Shown in pieces: positions 52,934 through 62,776 of a stretch of 64,000 bases of DNA (positions are counted from its first letter, which is position 1; the number at the start of each line of letters is the position of its first letter). Position numbers and translations under genes: made by a program. Below the pieces are notes generated by a model. The model ran no database searches, was not told where the DNA came from, and saw nothing but the letters and a program-made list of their open reading frames with translations. Where the stretch lies: the NCBI GenBank assembly GCA_963713045.1, contig CAVQKE010000007.1, positions 448,001-512,000 of the forward strand, written 5' to 3'. This DNA comes from an uncultured delta proteobacterium. GTDB lineage: Bacteria; Myxococcota; Myxococcia; Myxococcales; Myxococcaceae.

Positions 52934-54502
52934 TCAGTTCCTCGGGGACAACGACGTCAGGGGGATGGGGAGAAGCACGGTGAAGGTAGAGCCCAGCTTG
53001 GGCTCTGTCTTCACCTCAAAGGTGCCGCCGTGGTCCTCGACAATGCGGTACGCAATGGCGAGGCCGAGGCCGGTGCCTTGGCCGGGCGGCTTGGTGGTGA
53101 AGGAAGGCTCGAAAATGTGCGGCAGCACGTCCGGGGCAATGCCGGTGCCGCTGTCGGTGACGCTGAAGTAGACGGCCGTGTCGCGCCGCCCGGTGGACAC
53201 CGACAGCCTCCCGGGCTGTCCGGACAGGGCGTGCAAGCCGTTTTGCAGCAGGTTGAGCACCACCTGGCCGAGTTGTGCCGGGTCGCCAAACACCGCTGGA
53301 AGCCCCCGCTCAATCTGCATCTCGAGGGAGGCCGACGGGGCCTGCTTCAGCTGGCCGCGGAAGAGGAAGCAGGCGTCGTCCACGCAGGCCGCCAAGTCGA
53401 AGGTGCGGCGCTCCTCGGCGCGGTTTCTCCGGCTGAATTGGAGGAGGCTTTCCACAATCCGCTTGCAGCGCAGCGCGGACTCCTCAATCAGCTGCAGCGC
53501 TTCTTGGTCTTGGCTGGTGCGCCCGGCATCGCGCTTCATCAGCTGCGTAAAGGCGAGAATGCCGCCGAGCGGGTTGTTGATTTCGTGGGCCACCCCACCG
53601 GCCAGCTGCCCCACCGCGGCCATCTTCTCGCTTTCCACCAGCCGCCGCGTCATCTCCCGCTCCTCGGTGACGTCGCGGTAAGCGCACACCGCTTGGCCCG
53701 CCTCGGCCATGGGGTAGACGTTGAGGACGTAGGTGCGGCCACGGTGCGCGATTTCCGCCCGGCCCTCCTCGCCACTGCCGAGGGCGCGCTCCAACGGGCA
53801 GCCTGGGCACGGCGTCGACCGGCCGAAGAGAAACTGGTGACAAGTGGGCGCCTGGCTGACGTCCTGGACGCGGTGCCCGGCCACCCGGGCATAGGCCACG
53901 TTGGCCCGGCGGACGACGTGGTCCGTCCCACGCACCACCGCCAGCGGCAAATCGAGCGAGTCAAACGAAAGCTCCCACTCGCGCTTGGCCACCATCAACA
54001 GGCGGGTGCGCTGCTCCACCCGCTCTTCCAAGTCCGCGTTGAGGAGCCGCAGCTCGTCGTTTTGCCGACGCGTAATTTCGGAGAGTCGTTCGTTCTCCGC
54101 GGCCACCGCAAACTGCTCGAAGGCACTCTGCACGGTGAGGAGCAGCTGCGCGTCATTCCAGGGCTTGGCGATGAAGCGAAAAATCTCCGAGCGGTTGATG
54201 GCCTCCTCAATGGCCCGCTGGTCCGCGTGTCCGGTCAGTAGAATCCGCTGTGCCCGTGGAATGCGTTCCTTCACCCGGGCCAAGAACTCCGCCCCATTCA
54301 TCCCGGGGAGGCGAAAGTCCGAAAGCACCACTTCTGGGGTAAAGGACGACAGCTCGGCCAGGCCCTGCTCGGCATCAAGGGCGGTCCGAATCTCCCAGTC
54401 GCCATGCCGCAACACCCGCTTCAGCGAGCGGAGAATGTTCTCCTCGTCGTCGACGACAAGGAGGCGTCCGGAGGACACGGCCGAATTCAAGGCGGGTTGC
54501 AT
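52934..54502 (-). CDS. hsfB: Hybrid sensor: receiver + PAS-like + histidine kinase (HsfB-like by recalled synteny)
   Basis: VVDDE, SDFRLP, AKPW; GVAHEINNP H-box, NLLQNG, DSGTGI, FTTK..GQGTGLGL; no TM; symbol tentative. Confidence 0.75.
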   Translation of the reverse strand: MQPALNSAVSSGRLLVVDDEENILRSLKRVLRHGDWEIRTALDAEQGLAELSSFTPEVVLSDFRLPGMNGAEFLARVKERIPRAQRILLTGHADQRAIEEAINRSEIFRFIAKPWNDAQLLLTVQSAFEQFAVAAENERLSEITRRQNDELRLLNADLEERVEQRTRLLMVAKREWELSFDSLDLPLAVVRGTDHVVRRANVAYARVAGHRVQDVSQAPTCHQFLFGRSTPCPGCPLERALGSGEEGRAEIAHRGRTYVLNVYPMAEAGQAVCAYRDVTEEREMTRRLVESEKMAAVGQLAGGVAHEINNPLGGILAFTQLMKRDAGRTSQDQEALQLIEESALRCKRIVESLLQFSRRNRAEERRTFDLAACVDDACFLFRGQLKQAPSASLEMQIERGLPAVFGDPAQLGQVVLNLLQNGLHALSGQPGRLSVSTGRRDTAVYFSVTDSGTGIAPDVLPHIFEPSFTTKPPGQGTGLGLAIAYRIVEDHGGTFEVKTEPKLGSTFTVLLPIPLTSLSPRN

Positions 54503-54529
54503 GCGGGGGTCTGGACTGCACCCTGGGAG

Positions 54530-54658
54530 TGCAACGGCCCGGCCATCCCCCGCCTCCTCCCGAAGTTATTGAATTGTCTTGGCTTCAGGTATGTTGAAAC
54601 GCCTATTGCCCGGGGTCACTCTATACCCATTGGGCGATTTGAAGTCACTCCGTACCCA
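54530..54658 (-). promoter_or_regulatory. Sigma54 promoter with IHF-like site and tandem enhancer-like repeats
   Basis: TGGCCGGGCCGTTGCA (54545-54530; GG-N10-GC); ATTCAATAACTTC (54574-54562); GTCACTCyrTACCCA at 54615-54629 and 54644-54658. Confidence 0.6.
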
Positions 54659-54712
54659 GGGGAGTCGCAGGGGAGTGGACGGGGGGAGGTCAGCCCAAGT
54701 GTCCGAAATGCT

Positions 54713-55651
54713 TCAGGGGGAGGGGGGCGCGTGTGCGCTTGGACCCGCTGGGTCAGTGAGACAGACCCGGTTCCGTCCGTCGCGCTTGGCGCGGTAGAGG
54801 GCTTCGTCGGCGGCCCGCACCAACTCCTCGGTGGTGTGGACGTGAGCGGCCGGGTAGCTGCTGACGCCGAGGGACGTCGTCACCGAGACGGCCTCTGCCG
54901 GCCCCAGGCGCAGCGCACTGACGTCCCGTCGGATGCGCTCGGCGACGGTGAGGGCGCCAGCAAGGTGGGTTTGCGGCAGCACCACCGCGAATTCCTCCCC
55001 GCCCCAGCGCGCGACGGTGTCTGTGTCGCGGATGCAGCCCTGGAAGCAGCCCGCTACCTTGCGCAGCACCTGGTCCCCGACCACGTGCCCAGCCGTGTCG
55101 TTGACGGACTTGAAGTGGTCAATATCCGCCAGAATGAGGGCCAGCGGATTGTCGTAGCGCTGCGCGCGCCGGAATTCCTCGGCCAGTTTAATTTGGAAAT
55201 GCCGGCGATTGTGGATTTGGGTCAGGCCGTCGGTGAGGGCCAGCCGCTCCAGTCGCTCGCCCTGCAACAACAGCGCGTCGGTGCGCTGCTTCAGCCCATG
55301 CCGGCGGGCCAGCCGCGCCAGAAGCTCCATCGGGTCCACCGTCGGGCGCAGGACATCGTCGGCGCCGAGGTCAAACGCCGCGACCTGCGAGTCCAAGCTT
55401 TGCGTCAGCACCACCACCGGCAAGTCCACGCGGGCCTCGGAAAGCCGCAGTCGCCCCAGCACGCTGAAGGCGTCCTCCGTCAACAGCGGGTCCTCCAGGA
55501 GGAGGGCGTCCGGGGGCTCGGCGTCCAGCCGCTGCATCACGGCCGCCCCATCGTCGAAGAGTGTACAGACCCAGCCGCCCTGCTCGAGCGCTGGAACCAA
55601 ATTCCCCCGGGTGTTGGACCGGGTACTGGCAACCCAGAGCTGCATCTCCAA
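54713..55651 (-). CDS. Receiver-like + GGDEF diguanylate cyclase
   Basis: TDGLT..HNRR, DIDHFKSVND..GH..GD, RDTD I-site, RWGGEEF, ADEALYRAK. Confidence 0.92.
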   Translation of the reverse strand: MEMQLWVASTRSNTRGNLVPALEQGGWVCTLFDDGAAVMQRLDAEPPDALLLEDPLLTEDAFSVLGRLRLSEARVDLPVVVLTQSLDSQVAAFDLGADDVLRPTVDPMELLARLARRHGLKQRTDALLLQGERLERLALTDGLTQIHNRRHFQIKLAEEFRRAQRYDNPLALILADIDHFKSVNDTAGHVVGDQVLRKVAGCFQGCIRDTDTVARWGGEEFAVVLPQTHLAGALTVAERIRRDVSALRLGPAEAVSVTTSLGVSSYPAAHVHTTEELVRAADEALYRAKRDGRNRVCLTDPAGPSAHAPPSP

Positions 55652-55754
55652 GGCCCCCTCTAGGGAAAAACGCTAGCACGCCCTCCTCGCCTCGCCGGTG
55701 GCTTTCGTTTGGGTTGCCGGCAGTCCACCTCTCGGGCTACCACTGCCGGCCGCC

Positions 55755-57806
55755 GTGCCCGGCACGACACAAAAACCCGGCGACGCGAGGGGCGGTCCAG
55801 AACGACCGCGGGAGTCTCCGGGGTTCCTCCGGCGGCTGAGCCACGTCCTCGTGGGGCGGCCTCGCAGCGTCGAGGACCCGAGCGTCTTCCACAAGGTCTC
55901 GCTGGTCACGCTGTTGGCCTGGGTCGGCCTCGGGGCCGATGGCCTCTCCTCCTCCTCCTACGGCCCGGAGGAGATGTTTCGGGCACTCGGCACGCACACC
56001 TCTCTGGCGGTGGGCCTGGCGCTGGCCACGGCCATCACCGTCCTCATCATCGCGCTGTCCTACAGCAAGATTATTGAGCACTTCCCCTTCGGAGGCGGCG
56101 GCTACATCGTGGCCACGAGGCTGCTCGGCCCGGGCGCGGGCGTCGTCTCCGGCAGTGCCCTGGTGGTGGACTACGTCCTCACCATCACCACCTCCATCGC
56201 CGCCGGCACTGAGGCCGTCTTCAGCCTTCTGCCCCCGGGCTGGGGTGGGGCGCGCCTCCTCGTCGAATTCCTCGTCATCGGCGTCCTGGTCCTCCTCAAC
56301 CTGCGCGGTGTGCGGGAGTCGGTCACCATCCTGGCCCCCATTTTCCTCGCCTTCCTCTTCACCCACGCCATCCTGATTTTTGGCGTCCTGGGGGTGAGCG
56401 CCGGCAACACCGGCGAGGTGGTGCACGAGGTGCGGGCTGGCTTCCACCACGACCTGTCGACTCTGGGCGCGGCGGGGCTGTTGGCCCTCTTTCTGCGCGC
56501 CTATTCCATGGGCGCGGGCACCTACACCGGCATCGAGGCCGTCTCCAACGGCCTGGCCATCATGCGTGAGCCCAAGGTGGCCACCGCCAAGCACACCATG
56601 GCGCTGATGGCCGCCTCGCTGGCCCTCACCGCCGGTGGCATCACCGTCGCTTACCTGCTTCTGCACGTCGTCCCGGAGGAGGGCCGCACCATGAATGCGG
56701 TGCTCACCGAGCGCTTCGCCGGCAGCTTCATGCTGGCAGGCTTCGCGGTGGGCAAGGGCTTCCTCTGGTTGACGCTGGCCTCCGAGGCGCTTCTCTTGTT
56801 TGTGGCCGCCCAGGCCGGCTTCATCGACGGCCCCCGCGTCATGGCCAACATGTCCATCGACAGCTGGCTTCCCCACCGCTTTGCGCAGCTGTCGAACCGC
56901 CTCACCATGCAGAATGGCGTCCTCCTCATGGGCCTCGCGTCGGTCGGCGCCCTCGTCTACACCAGTGGCAACATCTCCACGCTGGTGACGCTGTACGCCA
57001 TCAACGTCTTCCTCACCTTCTCGCTGAGCCAGGCCGCCATGTGCCGCTTCTGGCTGAGGCGGCGGAAGCGGGGCGACCGCACCTGGGCGCGCAGCATCGC
57101 CGTCCACGTGGTCGCTCTGGTGCTGTGCGTCGGCATCCTGCTCATCAACCTCTATGAGAAGTTTCTGAGCGGTGCCTGGGCGACGGTGGTGGTGACCGGT
57201 GGCCTCGTCTCGCTGTGCGTCATCATCCGCCGCCACTACCGCACGGTGCAGAAAAGCCTCCAGCGGTTGGATGAGATTCTCCCCTCGCTCCCCGTCAAGC
57301 CGGACGCGCCGCTGCGGGCGTTGGACCCGCGGGAGCCGACCGCGGTGCTGCTGGTGGGCAGCTACGCCGGCTTGGGCGTTCACTCCCTGCTCAGCATCCA
57401 GCGCCTCTTTCCCAACTACTATAAAAACTTCATCTTCATCTCCGTCGGCGTCATTGACTCGGCCAGCTTCAAGGACAGCGACGAAGTGCGGGAGGTGAAG
57501 GAGCGCACCGTCAAAAGTCTCCAGCGCTACGTCGCACTGGCCCGAGGACTCGGGCTCGCGGCGGACTACCGTTTTGCCCTGGGCACCGAGGCAGTGGACG
57601 CGGCCACGCGGCTCTCCCGCGAGGTGGGAAAAGAGTTTCCGCGCGCCATGTTTTTCGCCGGGAAACTCATTTTTCAGGACGAGCGCTGGTACCAGCGCAT
57701 TCTCCACAATGAGACTGCCTACCAGCTGCAGCGCACCCTCCAATTCTCCGGCCTCAACGCGATGGTGCTGCCGGTGCGCATTCTGGAGCCCCAGCCTGCC
57801 TTCTGA
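55755..57806 (+). CDS. APC-superfamily permease (KimA/YdaO-like)
   Basis: ADGLSSSSYGPEE, GGGGYIVA, LVVDYVLT, LNLRGVRES, YTGIEAVSNG; soluble C-terminal domain. Confidence 0.85.
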   Translation: MPGTTQKPGDARGGPERPRESPGFLRRLSHVLVGRPRSVEDPSVFHKVSLVTLLAWVGLGADGLSSSSYGPEEMFRALGTHTSLAVGLALATAITVLIIALSYSKIIEHFPFGGGGYIVATRLLGPGAGVVSGSALVVDYVLTITTSIAAGTEAVFSLLPPGWGGARLLVEFLVIGVLVLLNLRGVRESVTILAPIFLAFLFTHAILIFGVLGVSAGNTGEVVHEVRAGFHHDLSTLGAAGLLALFLRAYSMGAGTYTGIEAVSNGLAIMREPKVATAKHTMALMAASLALTAGGITVAYLLLHVVPEEGRTMNAVLTERFAGSFMLAGFAVGKGFLWLTLASEALLLFVAAQAGFIDGPRVMANMSIDSWLPHRFAQLSNRLTMQNGVLLMGLASVGALVYTSGNISTLVTLYAINVFLTFSLSQAAMCRFWLRRRKRGDRTWARSIAVHVVALVLCVGILLINLYEKFLSGAWATVVVTGGLVSLCVIIRRHYRTVQKSLQRLDEILPSLPVKPDAPLRALDPREPTAVLLVGSYAGLGVHSLLSIQRLFPNYYKNFIFISVGVIDSASFKDSDEVREVKERTVKSLQRYVALARGLGLAADYRFALGTEAVDAATRLSREVGKEFPRAMFFAGKLIFQDERWYQRILHNETAYQLQRTLQFSGLNAMVLPVRILEPQPAF

Positions 57807-57839
57807 AGAAAGGCGCAGGCCAGGGCCGGAGGGACCGCT

Positions 57840-60014
57840 TCAGGGGTAAAACCTCTCGCCGTTGGAGGCTTTCTCGCGCAACAGCGCGGACGGCTCGAAA
57901 CGGGCGCCCAGCTTCGAGGCCAGCGACTCGAGGCGTCCGGCCAGGGCAGCGGCGCCAAAGGCGTCGGCGAACCGGAGGGGGCCCCCGCGGAAGGGCGGAA
58001 AGCCGAGGCCAAACACCGCGCCCACGTCGGCGTCCCTGGGGCTTCGCACGATGCCCTCCTCCAAGCAGCGAATGGCTTCATTCACCAGCGGGTAGACGCA
58101 GCGCTCGACGACTTCCTCCCTCGTCACCGGGCGCCGCTTCGTCCCAGGAGGCAACAGGGCATAGACGCCCTCGTCCACCACCTTCTTCTTGCCGTCGTAG
58201 GTGTAGAAGCCCTTTTTCGCCTTGCGGCCGAGCCAGCCGTTCTTCACCAGGGCCGTCATCGCCTCGGGCGCTTCCATCCGCTGACCGAAGGCGGCCTGGA
58301 GGACGTGGGAGACTTTCTCGGCCACGTCAATGCCCACCTCGTCCAGCAGTTGGTAGGGCCCCACCGGAAAGCCAAAGTCCACCAGAGCCTCGTCCACCGC
58401 GCGGACCTCAGCGCCGTCGAGAAAAAGGTGGGCCGCCTCATTGAGGCAGGGCGCGAGCACGCGCGAGGTGTAGAAGCCCGGGCCGTCGCGTACCACAATG
58501 ACGGTTTTTCCCTGCCGCTTGCCGAGGGCCACGCACGTCGCCGTCACCCAAGGGGCGGTGCCCGCGTAGGTGATGACTTCCAACAGCGGCATTTTCTCCA
58601 CCGGGCTGAAGTAGTGCATCCCAATCACCTGGGCCGGCCGCCGCGCCCCGTCCGCCAACTGGGTAATGGGGAGGGAGGAGGTGTTGGAGGCGAAAATGCA
58701 GTGCGCCGGGGTGGCCGCCTCGGCCTCGTCCCGAAGCTTCTTCTTCAGCGCCAAATCCTCGAAGACGGCCTCCACCACCACGTCCGCCCTGGCGAAGCCT
58801 GCCCAGTCCGTGCCGGCTGTCACTTGCGCCATGCGGGCGTCGAGTTCGCGTTTTGTAAGGCGCCGCTTGTCGACTTGCGCTTGCAGCTGGCCCCGTACGT
58901 GCGCCAGGGCACGGCCCGCGGCCGGGTTGTCTTTCTCCTTCACCCGGACATGCATCCCGGCCGTCACCGCACTCACGTAGGCGATGCCGCCGCCCATCAG
59001 GCCGCCGCCCAGCACCGCCACCTTGGCCACAGCGCGGGGCTGGACGGACGCGTCGGCGACGCCCCTGTCTTTTTTCAGCTCGGTGGTGGCGAAGAAAATT
59101 TCCCGCAGCCGGTGGCTGACACCGGTGGTGAGGAGTTCACCGAAGGCGCTGGCCTCAGCGCGGAGGCCCGCCTCCATGCCCTTTTCGATTCCCGTTTGCA
59201 CCACCTCCAGCGCGCGCTCGGGCGCCGGGTAATGGCCTCGCGTCTTCGTCCGAAGCTGCTTGCGCGCCTGCTCGAAGAGGAAGGCCCGGCCGAGGGGGTT
59301 GTCCTCCAAGGCAAGCTCCGTCCAGGTCTGCTTCCTGCCAAGGGCCTCAAAGACGGCTGACAGTCCAGGGGCGGCCCTTTGCGTCGGTTTGAGGCTTCCA
59401 TCCGCCAGGGCCCTGGCGCGGGCCAGCGCCACGTCGAGAAGCAGTGGCTTGGGCACCACCTCGTCCACCAGGCCCAGCTTTCTCGCTTTACTGGGGCGGA
59501 CGGACTTGCCGGTGAGGATGACGTCCAACGCCTGGGCAATGCCGATGAGGCGCGGCAGCCGCTGCGTCCCCCCGGCCCCGGGCAACAGGCCGAGTTGCAC
59601 CTCCGGAAGGCCCAGCTGCGTCTTGGGCGAGTCCGTGCAAAGGCGGTAGCTACAGGCAAGTGCCCATTCGAGGCCGCCCCCGAGGCAGGCGCCGTTGATG
59701 GCGGCGACGACGGGTTTCGCGCAGTGGGCCAGCCTTTCAAAGCCGGCCTGGCCCTCCTGGGAGGCGCGCTCCCCGTCCTCCTTCGTCCGTAGGCTTCCCA
59801 GCCAGCGGACGTCCGCCCCGGCGACAAACCCGTCCGGCTTGCCGGAGGTAAAGACCACCGCGCGCACGGCGTCGTCCTCGAGGGCCCGGCCCAGGGCCAC
59901 ATCGAAGAGGGCTCCGGTGGCGGGCGACAGGGTATTGACCGGCTCGCCTGGCAAGTCGAGGGTAAGGACGGCCACGCCGTCCCGCAGGTCATAGGTGAGG
60001 GCGGTGTCGGCCAT
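57840..60014 (-). CDS. fadJ: Fatty acid oxidation complex alpha subunit (enoyl-CoA hydratase/3-hydroxyacyl-CoA dehydrogenase)
   Basis: FVAGAD, CLGGGLE, GLPEVQLGLLPGAGGTQRL, GGGLMGGGIA, EAVFED, SNTSSLP, HYFSPV, GFPPFRGGP. Confidence 0.93.
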   Translation of the reverse strand: MADTALTYDLRDGVAVLTLDLPGEPVNTLSPATGALFDVALGRALEDDAVRAVVFTSGKPDGFVAGADVRWLGSLRTKEDGERASQEGQAGFERLAHCAKPVVAAINGACLGGGLEWALACSYRLCTDSPKTQLGLPEVQLGLLPGAGGTQRLPRLIGIAQALDVILTGKSVRPSKARKLGLVDEVVPKPLLLDVALARARALADGSLKPTQRAAPGLSAVFEALGRKQTWTELALEDNPLGRAFLFEQARKQLRTKTRGHYPAPERALEVVQTGIEKGMEAGLRAEASAFGELLTTGVSHRLREIFFATTELKKDRGVADASVQPRAVAKVAVLGGGLMGGGIAYVSAVTAGMHVRVKEKDNPAAGRALAHVRGQLQAQVDKRRLTKRELDARMAQVTAGTDWAGFARADVVVEAVFEDLALKKKLRDEAEAATPAHCIFASNTSSLPITQLADGARRPAQVIGMHYFSPVEKMPLLEVITYAGTAPWVTATCVALGKRQGKTVIVVRDGPGFYTSRVLAPCLNEAAHLFLDGAEVRAVDEALVDFGFPVGPYQLLDEVGIDVAEKVSHVLQAAFGQRMEAPEAMTALVKNGWLGRKAKKGFYTYDGKKKVVDEGVYALLPPGTKRRPVTREEVVERCVYPLVNEAIRCLEEGIVRSPRDADVGAVFGLGFPPFRGGPLRFADAFGAAALAGRLESLASKLGARFEPSALLREKASNGERFYP

Positions 60015-60018
60015 GCCG

Positions 60019-61320
60019 TCAGCTGCGCTCCAGAACGATGGCCGCCCCATTGCCGCCTTGGGCGCAGACGGTGCACAGGGCGGTGTTGAGGTTGTTCCGC
60101 TTCAATAGATAAAGGGCCTGCATCACCACCCGCGCGCCGGTGGCGGCAAAGGGGTGGCCGAGGGCGATGGAGCCCCCATCCAGGTTGAGGCGGCTTCTGT
60201 CCACTTCGCCCAACGGGGCCGAGCGGCCCATTTTCTTGGCGAAGGCCTCGGAGGCAAACGCTTGGAGGTTACTGGCGAGCTGCGCCCCAAAGGCCTCATG
60301 CATCTCAAAGACGTCAATGTCCGACAGCTTCATCCCCGCCCTGTCCAGCGCGACGGGCGCGGCGTAGGCCGGCCCCTGAAGCAGCTGGTCGGCTGGGTCC
60401 GTGGCGGCATAGGCCCAGGACCGCACGTACCCGAGAGGCTCCACGCCGAGGGCCCGTGCCCGCCCCTCACTCATCACGACGAGTGCCGCCGCCCCGTCGG
60501 TGAGAGGGGAGGAGTTGCCGGCCGTCACGGTGCCGTACTTCTTGTCGAAGACGGGCTTGAGGGCGGCCAGGGCCTCGGCGCTGGTGTCCGGCCGGACAAT
60601 GTCATCCTGGTCGGCCACCTTCTCGTAGCGGGGCGGGACAAGGACGGGAAACACCTGGGCGTCAAAATGGCCTTCCCTCCATGCCCTAGCGGCTTTTTGG
60701 TGCGAGGCCAACGCAATGGCGTCCTGCTCGGCGCGGGAAATGTGGTTCTCCTGCGCCATTTTCTCCGCGCTTTGCCCCATGGTGAGGCCGGTGGAGTACT
60801 CGGCAATGGCCGGCGGGACGGGGACCAAATCCGCGGCGTGCAGGCCCTCAAATGCGCGCAGCTTGTCGGGCAGGCTCTTGGCTCGCGAGGCCTTCACCAG
60901 CGCCCGGGCCAACGGCTGGCTTGCGAAGACGGGTGCATCGGACATGCACTCGGTGCCTCCAGCGATGGCCACCTCCGACAGGCCCAAGGCGATTGTCGTA
61001 GCGACGTCCGTCAGCGCCTGAAGGCTGGTGGCGCAGGCCCGCGCCACGGTGTGAGCCTCGAGTGTCCGCGGCAGGGCCGACGCCAGGACCACCTCTCGGG
61101 CGATGCTGGGGGCCAACAACGTGGGAATGACTTGGCCAAACACCAGCTGGTCCAAGCTTTGGGGGTCCACCCCCGAGCGCTCCACCAACTCCTGGACGAC
61201 GGCGCGGCCCAAGTCCAGCGCCGTAAGGGACTGGAAGGTGCCTCCTGCCTTGACGAAGGGCGTGCGCAGGCCGTGGACAATGGCGGCGCGCGTGTTTCCC
61301 GCGACTGCCAACGAAGTCAT
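60019..61320 (-). CDS. fadI: Acetyl-CoA C-acyltransferase (3-ketoacyl-CoA thiolase)
   Basis: LRTPF, RACATS, TAGNSSPLTDGA, MHEAF, GGSIALGHPFAATG, CAQGG. Confidence 0.93.
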   Translation of the reverse strand: MTSLAVAGNTRAAIVHGLRTPFVKAGGTFQSLTALDLGRAVVQELVERSGVDPQSLDQLVFGQVIPTLLAPSIAREVVLASALPRTLEAHTVARACATSLQALTDVATTIALGLSEVAIAGGTECMSDAPVFASQPLARALVKASRAKSLPDKLRAFEGLHAADLVPVPPAIAEYSTGLTMGQSAEKMAQENHISRAEQDAIALASHQKAARAWREGHFDAQVFPVLVPPRYEKVADQDDIVRPDTSAEALAALKPVFDKKYGTVTAGNSSPLTDGAAALVVMSEGRARALGVEPLGYVRSWAYAATDPADQLLQGPAYAAPVALDRAGMKLSDIDVFEMHEAFGAQLASNLQAFASEAFAKKMGRSAPLGEVDRSRLNLDGGSIALGHPFAATGARVVMQALYLLKRNNLNTALCTVCAQGGNGAAIVLERS

Positions 61321-61355
61321 ACGCCCAGGGCTTTGAACAGAGGCCTTCTGGGAAG

Positions 61356-62390
61356 TCAACGCACCGGCGAGTGGCGGCCAAAGCGGTGGACCGCGTCCAC
61401 CAGCGCCTTGGCCGCGTCCGGAGAGGTTGGCGGCAGAATGCCGTGGCCGAGGTTGAAAATGTGGCCCACTGGGCCCGCACGCCTCAGCACGTCCTGGACG
61501 CGGGCCTCGAGCTCGGCCTGCGGCAGGAAGAGGGCGAGTGGGTCCAGGTTGCCTTGAAGCGCCACCCCCTCCCCCGCCCGCGCGCGTGCCTCGTCGAGGT
61601 GAATGCGCCAGTCGCAACCCACCACGTCCGCGCCGGTGCGAACGAGCTGGGGCAGCAGCGTCGACATGGACGTCCCAAACACAATGACGGGCACCCCCGT
61701 TTCCTGGAGCGCCGCGACCATGCGCGTCACGTAGGGCAGCGCAAATGTCTCATAGTCCTCCGGCCCGAGCTCTCCGCCCCAGGAATCGAAGATTTGGACG
61801 ATGCGGGCGCCCGCTTTCACCTGCATTTGCAAATAGGGGATGAGGGTTTGGGTGAGCTTCTCGAAGAGGCGGTGCGCAAGCCGTGGGTCCTCGAAGAGAA
61901 GACGCTTGATGGCGATGAAGCTTTTCGAGCCGCCCCCCTCCACCATGTACGCAGCCAGGGTGAAAGGCGCCCCGCTAAACCCAATAACGGGGACGGCATC
62001 CGAAAGCGCCGCGCGCGTGCGCCCGATGGCCTCGGCGACGAAGCCCGTCTCGGCCACCGGGTCCGGAATGGCGAGGCGCTCAACATCCGACGCCGTGCGC
62101 AAGGGACTCGGGAAATGCGGCCCCTTGTCGCCGAGCTCAAGTTCCATCCCCATCGCTTCAACCGGGATGAGGATGTCGGAGAAAATGATGGCCGCATCGA
62201 CGCCGAGCCGAGTGACGGGCTGCACTGTCACTTCGGCCGCCAGTTCGGGTGTCTTACACAGCTTGAGGAACTCCACCTTGCTCCGGATGGCTCGGTACTC
62301 CGGGAGGTAGCGCCCCGCCTGCCGCATGAGCCATACGGGGGTGACGTCGACGGGTTGGCGACGCGCGGCGTTGAGAAGGCGTTCGTTCAC
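61356..62390 (-). CDS. hemE: Uroporphyrinogen decarboxylase
   Basis: PVWLMRQAGRYLPEY, DAAIIFSDIL, GAPFTLAAY, QIFDSW, QGNLDP, FNLGHGI. Confidence 0.97.
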   Translation of the reverse strand: MNERLLNAARRQPVDVTPVWLMRQAGRYLPEYRAIRSKVEFLKLCKTPELAAEVTVQPVTRLGVDAAIIFSDILIPVEAMGMELELGDKGPHFPSPLRTASDVERLAIPDPVAETGFVAEAIGRTRAALSDAVPVIGFSGAPFTLAAYMVEGGGSKSFIAIKRLLFEDPRLAHRLFEKLTQTLIPYLQMQVKAGARIVQIFDSWGGELGPEDYETFALPYVTRMVAALQETGVPVIVFGTSMSTLLPQLVRTGADVVGCDWRIHLDEARARAGEGVALQGNLDPLALFLPQAELEARVQDVLRRAGPVGHIFNLGHGILPPTSPDAAKALVDAVHRFGRHSPVR

Positions 62391-62491
62391 TGTTGCATAG
62401 CCTAGCGCCACGGGAAATGAGGCGCGGTTTCAAATTGCAGCTGCGGAGAGCTTCCTGCGCCTGCCTTAGCAGGAGTCGAGTCGAGCGCTCC

Positions 62492-62521
62492 TTGACACCC
62501 TCCTGACTCCGCCAGTATGAG
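62492..62521 (+). promoter_or_regulatory. Putative sigma70 promoter of the tRNA-Val/Asp pair
   Basis: TTGACA (62492-62497), 18 bp spacer, TATGAG (62516-62521), followed by a GC-rich discriminator. Confidence 0.55.
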
Positions 62522-62556
62522 CCGCCCGCTGCACGTTGTAGGGTGGAGAAGGAGTC

Positions 62557-62628
62557 GGGCGGGTAGCTCAGCGGTAGAGCATCGCCCTTACAAGGCGAGG
62601 GTCACAGGTTCGACCCCTGTTCCGCCCA
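62557..62628 (+). tRNA. tRNA-Val (TAC)
   Basis: GGGCGGG/TCCGCCC acceptor stem, TCGCC-CTTACAA-GGCGA anticodon arm, GGTTCGACCC. Confidence 0.95.
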
Positions 62629-62644
62629 AAGTCGTCGTCGTGCT

Positions 62645-62718
62645 GGGGAGTTAGTTCAGCTGGTTAGAACGCCGGCCTGTCACGCCGGAGGTCACGGGTT
62701 CAAGTCCCGTACTCCTCG
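62645..62718 (+). tRNA. tRNA-Asp (GTC)
   Basis: GGGGAGT/ACTCCTC acceptor stem, G73 discriminator, CCGGC-CTGTCAC-GCCGG anticodon arm, GGTTCAAGTCC. Confidence 0.95.
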
Positions 62719-62776
62719 CTTCGCCGTTCCGCTAGGGCTTCGGATTCGCTGCGTTTTCAGCCCAGCGACCGGTTCT

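Noticed and set aside
55652..55754. c-di-AMP (ydaO) riboswitch upstream of the KimA-like gene
   Set aside because: The spacer is only ~100 bp, is shared with a divergent gene, and lacks recognisable ydaO consensus elements.
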